Positions 25,921 through 30,893 of a DNA stretch of 30,893 bases are shown piece after piece (position 1 is the stretch's first letter; every line of letters begins with the position of its first letter). The position numbers were made by a program, and so were the translations under genes. The notes under the pieces were generated by a model. That model was not told where the DNA came from. It ran no database searches and was given only the letters and a program-made list of their open reading frames with translations. The DNA lies in NCBI GenBank assembly GCA_028290805.1, contig JAQGJA010000098.1:1-30893 (forward strand), given 5' to 3'. This DNA is from Alphaproteobacteria bacterium. Its GTDB lineage: Bacteria > Pseudomonadota > Alphaproteobacteria > Micavibrionales > SZUA-601.

Positions 25921-26310
25921 TTATTCTTCCCTTTCCATCGTGCATTGCAACGGATGTTCGTTTTTACGGGCCAGGGTCATGACCTGGTCCACTTTTGTTT
26001 CGGCCACTTCATAGGTATAGACACCGGCGACGCCGACGCCGTCTTCATGGACTTTGAGCATGATGTCGTTGGCTTCTTCGCGGTTTTTGCGAAAGACGCG
26101 TTCCAGCACATAGATGACGAATTCCATCGGCGTGAAATCGTCGTTCAGCAATAAAACCTTGTACATCGAGGGTTTTTTGGTTTTGACACGGACTTTTACG
26201 GCCAGCCCGTCTTCATAGGCCTCGTTATTGTTCACGGGCCGCGCCATCATCGTGCTGCGCTGCTGGCTGAGCCGGAAAGTGTTGCCGTGGCCGTTCATAT
26301 CAGAGTCCAT
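25921..26310 (-). CDS. clpS: N-degron adaptor ClpS
   Basis: [62 protein letters not shown]. Confidence 0.96.
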   Translation of the reverse strand: MDSDMNGHGNTFRLSQQRSTMMARPVNNNEAYEDGLAVKVRVKTKKPSMYKVLLLNDDFTPMEFVIYVLERVFRKNREEANDIMLKVHEDGVGVAGVYTYEVAETKVDQVMTLARKNEHPLQCTMEREE

Positions 26311-26505
26311 CCCCCTCCTCCTTTGGCGATCCTTTCTAAAGCTTGCCGTATCGATCTAAAGAAAGGGTAAAGCTTGGCAAGGCTTTGTCGCCCCTTTTCC
26401 TGTGCAGATGCGGTGATTTTGCCATAAAATTATTGCGCGGCCAAGGAGAAGGCTTTAATCTCCGGCTTGGTCGAACGCCGTTCTTTCTCTTTATAATGTA
26501 TCCCG

Positions 26506-27936
26506 ATGCAGCTTCATAAAAAACTCAATCTCCGCCGCTGGTTTTTGCTGGGCTTTGCCCTGGTCTGCATTGCATTGAATGTCGTGGTTTATGGATTGTA
26601 CGAAAAGAACCAGGAAATCCAGGCCTCCAAGCAATGGGTTAACCATACTTATGAAGTAATCGGCACGGCCAATGAATTATTTTTCAAGATCCAGGACATG
26701 CAGATCGCCCTGCGGGGTTTTTTGCTGACCGGAGACGAAAAGTTCCTTGCGCCCTATCACCAGGCCGATAAAAGCCTGGACGAAAAATATGCGGCGCTGG
26801 CCACGCTGACCAGCGGCAATGTCGAGCGCCAGCGCGAACTGCTCCGCCTGAAATCGGTGTTGGAAAAACAGCGCGGCCTGATGCAGCGCCAGATCGAATT
26901 GCGGCGCAGCGGCGGCAATTTCTTGCCCCAGGATATGAAGGACAGCAAAGCCTTGATGGACGAAATCCGCATCATGAACATGTATATCGTCGGCGACGAA
27001 CAAAAATTGCTGAATGAGCGCAGCCGCCGCGAAACAAAGCGCCAGCGTAATTACATGCGCAGTATTTTTGCCACCGCCGGCGTGTCCATTATCGGCCTGC
27101 TTTTCGCCAATGGCCTTATCGGGTTTTTGTCCCTGCGCCGCCTGGACGCCGAGGAAGATTTGCGCCGGACCAATCATGAAATGGAAGGCTTTACCTATAT
27201 TGCCTCGCATGATTTGCGTTCGCCCCTTGTGAATCTCAAAGGGTTCTCCACCGAAATGTCCTATGGGCTGAAAGAGCTCGAGCCCATTCTGGAGCGCGCC
27301 TTGGAGCATGTCTCAGAAGAGGACCGTAAAAAGGCGCGCGAGATCCTGGATGTCGATATTCCCGATTCGCTGAAATATATTCATTCCTCGGTCGAGAAGA
27401 TGAACAAGCTGACCAATGGCATTTTGGAGTTGTCTCGCATCGGCAAGCGCAACCTGCGCATTAAACCGGTAAATGTGCGCGGCATAGTCCAGCGCAGCGT
27501 CGATGCTTTGCAGCACCAGATTTCCACGCGCAATATCAAGGTTGCGATCGGCGAATTGCCGGAAGTCGTCTCGGACTCTTTGTCGCTGGAACAAATCTTC
27601 GGCAATATCCTGGACAACGCCATTAAATATCTAGACCCTGCGCGCAGCGGGGAGATCGAGATTGGCGGCATCAAGGGCCGGACCCAGACGACTTATTGGG
27701 TCAAGGATAACGGACGAGGCATCGCCGAAAGCGATGTTGCGAAAATTTTCGAGATTTACCGCCGCGCCGGCATCAATGCCCATATCCCGGGCGAAGGGCT
27801 GGGCATGGCCTATGTGCGCACGACCTTGCGCCGTCTGGGCGGCCGCATCTGGGTGGAATCGGTCCAGGGACGCGGCAGCATTTTTTATTTCAATGTCGAT
27901 AATGTTTTAAAGAAAGAAGGAAACAACAATGCCTAA
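26506..27936 (+). CDS. Membrane CHASE3 sensor histidine kinase
   Basis: Two TM helices flank a CHASE3 domain (WVNHTYEVI...RGFLLTGDEKFLAPY). SHDLRSPL, NILDNAIKY, DNGRGI, GEGLGMA. TATAAT lies 8 nt before the ATG. Confidence 0.92.
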   Translation: MQLHKKLNLRRWFLLGFALVCIALNVVVYGLYEKNQEIQASKQWVNHTYEVIGTANELFFKIQDMQIALRGFLLTGDEKFLAPYHQADKSLDEKYAALATLTSGNVERQRELLRLKSVLEKQRGLMQRQIELRRSGGNFLPQDMKDSKALMDEIRIMNMYIVGDEQKLLNERSRRETKRQRNYMRSIFATAGVSIIGLLFANGLIGFLSLRRLDAEEDLRRTNHEMEGFTYIASHDLRSPLVNLKGFSTEMSYGLKELEPILERALEHVSEEDRKKAREILDVDIPDSLKYIHSSVEKMNKLTNGILELSRIGKRNLRIKPVNVRGIVQRSVDALQHQISTRNIKVAIGELPEVVSDSLSLEQIFGNILDNAIKYLDPARSGEIEIGGIKGRTQTTYWVKDNGRGIAESDVAKIFEIYRRAGINAHIPGEGLGMAYVRTTLRRLGGRIWVESVQGRGSIFYFNVDNVLKKEGNNNA

Positions 27937-28375
27937 TTCAGAAGCCGTTATGATTGTGATGATAGAAGACGACCCGGGCCATGCTGCGCTGATTCAGAAA
28001 AACCTGCGCCGCGCCGGGATTTCGAACGAGATCAAGCATATCGAAAACGGCCGCGAGGCCGCCGATTATTTACTGGGCACGGGCGAATTTGCCGGCAACC
28101 GCCCCCAGGCGCCGATGCTGATCTTGCTGGACCTCAATCTGCCGGAAATGGACGGGTTTGAGATCCTGCAAAAGATCAAAGGCGATGAGATCACCAAGCT
28201 GATCCCCGTCATTATTCTGACCACCACGGATAATCCGCGCGAAGTCGAACGCTGTTACGCCCTGGGCTGCAATGTCTATGTCACCAAGCCGGTGGAATAC
28301 GACGCCTTTGCCGAAAGCATACGCAAGCTTGGTTTATTGCTGGCCGTCGTGAAGGTGCCGGGCGAGATCAGGTAG
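27929..28375 (+). CDS. Single-domain response regulator (Rcp1/CheY-like)
   Basis: IEDD, LLDLNLPEMDG, IPVIILTT, YVTKP. Overlaps the kinase stop by 8 nt. Confidence 0.93.
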   Translation: MPNSEAVMIVMIEDDPGHAALIQKNLRRAGISNEIKHIENGREAADYLLGTGEFAGNRPQAPMLILLDLNLPEMDGFEILQKIKGDEITKLIPVIILTTTDNPREVERCYALGCNVYVTKPVEYDAFAESIRKLGLLLAVVKVPGEIR

Positions 28376-28379
28376 AAGT

Positions 28380-28404
28380 TCCCTCTCCCCTCAAGGGAGA
28401 GGGA
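28380..28404. repeat. REP-like 25-bp palindrome, copy 2
   Basis: TCCCTCTCCC-CTCAA-GGGAGAGGGA, 4 nt after the regulator stop; same stem as 4131-4155. Confidence 0.7.
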
Positions 28405-28699
28405 GAAAAAATCGTAACCTTTAACCTTCCCCGACTTGCACCTTCTCCACACAAAAAAGCCCAGCAAAAGCGCTTTTAAAAAGGAGGGTGTAAAACGCAT
28501 AATAAACCTTGGTTGTAATGGATAAGAAGCGCGGTGCTATGCGCCAAGGGCCAGAAATCAGCATCAGGCATATTTTTCCTATGGCCGCAAAGCCGTTGAA
28601 AAATAAGGAAGGTAAACCGTAAAGCCCCTTATGTTCTTTTTATTATTGCACTGTTTTTCGTTGCTGCGAATTTACGGCGGATAGGATATTCTTAATTAT

Positions 28700-28802
28700 C
28701 AAGTGAAGGTGCGTTGCTTCTTCGTTTGATACATAAACCAAGGGTTGCTCCGAGTTCCAGGTCTTAGGATTGTGGTCCTCCCGACGCGCCCTTGGTTTTT
28801 TT
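28700..28802 (+). ncRNA. Candidate small RNA (5' end uncertain)
   Basis: Lies between convergent genes. A 10-bp stem AAACCAAGGG(28735-28744)/CCCTTGGTTT(28789-28798) ends in a 7-T run and encloses a CCTCCC anti-SD-like motif. Confidence 0.3.
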
Positions 28803-28811
28803 GTGTCCTAT

Positions 28812-29426
28812 TTAGGCTGCTTCGACCAGATGGGCGATATCTTCCGGGCCGTTAAATAAAATCGTATGCCATCCTGCTTTAGTTGCCGCCTCGATCACTT
28901 TCGGATCGTCGTCAATCAACAGGCAATCGCGTTCGGTCAGGCAAAGTTCGTTTTCAATCAGGTCAAAAAATCGGTGCTCGGTCTTGCTCATGCCCATGCG
29001 GCCGGAATAATAAATCTCCTCGAAATATTCTTTAAAGCCCAATTCGTGCCATAAATGATTGGCGCGGTATTTTTCCTGGTGCGTGGCCAGAAACAAACGC
29101 ATGCCGGGCCGCGCCTTCAGCTTTTTGACGATCTCCATCGTTTCGGTATTAATCTCGGAATCATGCTTCAGCCAGTAATCGACCAAAGTCTGGGCCATGC
29201 CGCGATAATGCATTTCCGGCAGCACATCGTCCAAGGCTTTAAGCAAATCGCGCTTGCCTAAAATCACGTCTTTAAAGCCGCGCTCGAAAAAGGCGTTCTG
29301 CATATCCTGGGGGACGATGCCCAGATCGCGCTCCAGGTTTTCATCCCAGCGCCGGCGATAATGGTCGCTGCGCGCGCTGAATCCGTTGATCAGGACGCCA
29401 TCTACGTCAAAGAAAATATATTTCAT
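28812..29426 (-). CDS. HAD-superfamily hydrolase (HAD-IA)
   Basis: FFDVDGVLI (DxD), LAT, K motif GMSK, LLIDDD. Its ATG directly follows the purU stop (TAAATG). Confidence 0.9.
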   Translation of the reverse strand: MKYIFFDVDGVLINGFSARSDHYRRRWDENLERDLGIVPQDMQNAFFERGFKDVILGKRDLLKALDDVLPEMHYRGMAQTLVDYWLKHDSEINTETMEIVKKLKARPGMRLFLATHQEKYRANHLWHELGFKEYFEEIYYSGRMGMSKTEHRFFDLIENELCLTERDCLLIDDDPKVIEAATKAGWHTILFNGPEDIAHLVEAA

Positions 29427-30266
29427 TTAAAACACCACCGTTTTGTTGCCAGAGATAAATACTCGGTCGTCAAAGACCAGTTTCAAGGCCCGGGCCAAAG
29501 TTTGCAATTCCACTTCGCGCCCCGCTTGCTGCATCGCCGCCGCATCATCGTTATGGTCGGCGGCAATCACCTGCTGGGTGATGATCGGCCCTTCATCCAG
29601 CTCCGAGGTCACGAAATGCGCCGTCGCCCCGATCATCTTTACCCCGCGGGCAAAAGCCTGGGCATAGGGTTTGGCGCCGATAAAAGAGGGCAGAAAGGAA
29701 TGATGAATATTGATGATTTTACCGGCATATTCATGCACCGTTTCTGGCCCCAGAATGCGCATATATTTTGCCAGCACGATATAATCCAGATCATATTGCG
29801 CCAATCGCTGCCGCAATTGTGCCTCATGCTCCTCGCGCGGCATATCGTCATGCGGCAAATGATAGAACGGAATTTCAAAACGCGCCGCAAGATCGGCCAG
29901 CGTATCGTGATTGGCGATGACGGCCAGGATTTGCGCATTCAAATCGCCGAAATGATGGCGCAGCAAAAGATCCCCAAGGCAATGATATTCCTTTGTCGTA
30001 CAGATCACGATCCGTTTCGGCTTTGGCCGCGCCAGTGTCACGGCAGACCCCTGGGGCAGCGCCGCATGCACGATCTCTTCCAGGTCGCTCCAGTCTTCAG
30101 GTGCGACATTTTCGAACAGGGTGCGCATGAAAAAACGCTGGGCCGCGCGGTCCACAAATTCATCATTGCGGATAATATTCGCGCCGAAGCGGGCCAGTAT
30201 TGCGGTAATCTGGTGCACCAGACCGGGCTGGTCGGGGCATATAACGCGGAGGACGGGGAATTTCAT
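29427..30266 (-). CDS. purU: Formyltetrahydrofolate deformylase
   Basis: ACT domain (CPDQPGLVHQIT...FFMR), HCLGDLL, VLAKYMRIL, INIHHSFLPSFIGAKPYAQAFARGVKMIGATAHFVTSELDEGPII. Confidence 0.96.
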   Translation of the reverse strand: MKFPVLRVICPDQPGLVHQITAILARFGANIIRNDEFVDRAAQRFFMRTLFENVAPEDWSDLEEIVHAALPQGSAVTLARPKPKRIVICTTKEYHCLGDLLLRHHFGDLNAQILAVIANHDTLADLAARFEIPFYHLPHDDMPREEHEAQLRQRLAQYDLDYIVLAKYMRILGPETVHEYAGKIINIHHSFLPSFIGAKPYAQAFARGVKMIGATAHFVTSELDEGPIITQQVIAADHNDDAAAMQQAGREVELQTLARALKLVFDDRVFISGNKTVVF

Positions 30267-30304
30267 GACAAAATTAGTCTATCGGCACCGTGCGATCGCT
30301 GCAA
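30267..30304 (-). promoter_or_regulatory. Near-leaderless promoter of purU
   Basis: TTGCAG(30304-30299)-N17-TAGACT(30281-30276)-N9-ATG; no SD. Confidence 0.5.
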
Positions 30305-30365
30305 TCGATCTTTCTTGATTCTGCTCCAGGAATATGTATAGTGAGCGCAGCCCAGGAGAAACAAG

Positions 30366-30764
30366 ATGGCAGATACACAAGACCGGAAACTGGAATATTT
30401 TGGTTTCAGCCTCGAAACATTTAACCGCAGCTGGAAAGAGGCCGTAAAAAAAGGTCCCGCTACCCAGCCCGGCGGCGAGAAAGTCCTGGAAATCTATAAA
30501 TCCGACCATTACCGGTTTTATGCCGCTAACCATTCGGCTTTCACAGCAGAAGAACTGGAAGTGCAAAAACAGGAAACCCCCGACCTGGTCCTGCTGGGCA
30601 GGGGAAGTAAACAGGCGGAAAAAGGCCTGTACCAGTTAATGGATCTCAGCGTTGAGAAAGCGTATTACAATACAAAATTTGTCCTGCTGCAGGCGCCTGG
30701 GATTGTCGGAAAAGAAAAGCTAAAGGCGTATGACAATCTGTTTCTTCCGCTTTTTTCAAAATAA
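30366..30764 (+). CDS. Hypothetical protein, 132 aa
   Basis: AGGAG SD, ORF ends at the terminator. No family recognised. Confidence 0.7.
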   Translation: MADTQDRKLEYFGFSLETFNRSWKEAVKKGPATQPGGEKVLEIYKSDHYRFYAANHSAFTAEELEVQKQETPDLVLLGRGSKQAEKGLYQLMDLSVEKAYYNTKFVLLQAPGIVGKEKLKAYDNLFLPLFSK

Positions 30765-30788
30765 AAAACCCGGCACGACGGCCGGGTT
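30763..30788 (-). terminator. Intrinsic terminator for ctrA
   Basis: AACCCGGC-ACGACG-GCCGGGTT, an 8-bp stem preceded by a plus-strand A-run (U-tract on the minus strand). Confidence 0.75.
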
Positions 30789-30807
30789 GAATTCGATTTT
30801 AGAGGGA

Positions 30808-30893
30808 TTAAGCCAGCGCTTTTTCCGTCTTGCCTTGGGCTGCGGCCGCTTCCGGGTCGCGCAGGACATAGCCGCGGCCCCAGACGGTTTCGA
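30808..30893 (-). CDS. ctrA: 3' end of cell-cycle response regulator CtrA (partial, runs off the window)
   Basis: The minus strand translates ETVWGRGYVLRDPEAAAAQGKTEKALA*. ETVWGRGYVLRDP is the CtrA C-terminal signature. Not in the ORF track. Confidence 0.8.
   Translation of the reverse strand, partial: ETVWGRGYVLRDPEAAAAQGKTEKALA

Noticed and set aside
26311-26505. TAAAGCTTG direct repeat (about 26337 and 26368) in the clpS/kinase divergent region as an operator
   Set aside because: Only two short copies with no matching known regulator motif; could be chance.
28581-28685. Tiny ORFs MAAKPLKNKEGKP and MFFLLLHCFSLLRIYGG as type I toxin or leader peptides
   Set aside because: No properly spaced SD and too short to support.
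1-30893. tRNA, rRNA, tmRNA, CRISPR array, IS or prophage
   Set aside because: No T-loop/CCA cloverleaf, regularly spaced repeats, transposase, integrase or phage structural motifs seen in any intergenic region or ORF.

Overview
Core chromosomal segment of an alphaproteobacterium. The assignment rests on the 3' end of ctrA, fzlA, a PleC/DivJ/PdhS-type kinase and an RNase E with the S1 insertion and GWW tail; the lower-level taxonomy cannot be resolved from this window. Housekeeping genes are rne, dnaQ, uvrD, prmA, aminopeptidase P, fbaA, a GT4 glycosyltransferase, fzlA, YceI, YqgE/AlgH, clpA-clpS, a CHASE3 kinase with its receiver, a HAD hydrolase, purU and ctrA (partial). They are interleaved with single orphan genes, several of them AT-rich. 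I found no tRNA, rRNA, CRISPR array, transposase or integrase. The strongest novelty candidate is an 819-aa protein (16072-18531) carrying two divergent, asymmetric GGDEF-like nucleotidyl-cyclase domains that share a non-canonical H...GTGL motif, directly upstream of a PAS histidine kinase. Other notable items: an RmlC-fold protein with all three catalytic residues replaced, a diguanylate cyclase split by one in-frame TAA at the domain junction, a recurrent leaderless-promoter architecture (TTGCnn-N17/18-TAnnnT-N6-9-ATG), a nested palindromic element, a two-copy REP-like hairpin, and sRNA and small-ORF candidates. All family calls come from motif recognition by eye; no database searches were run.
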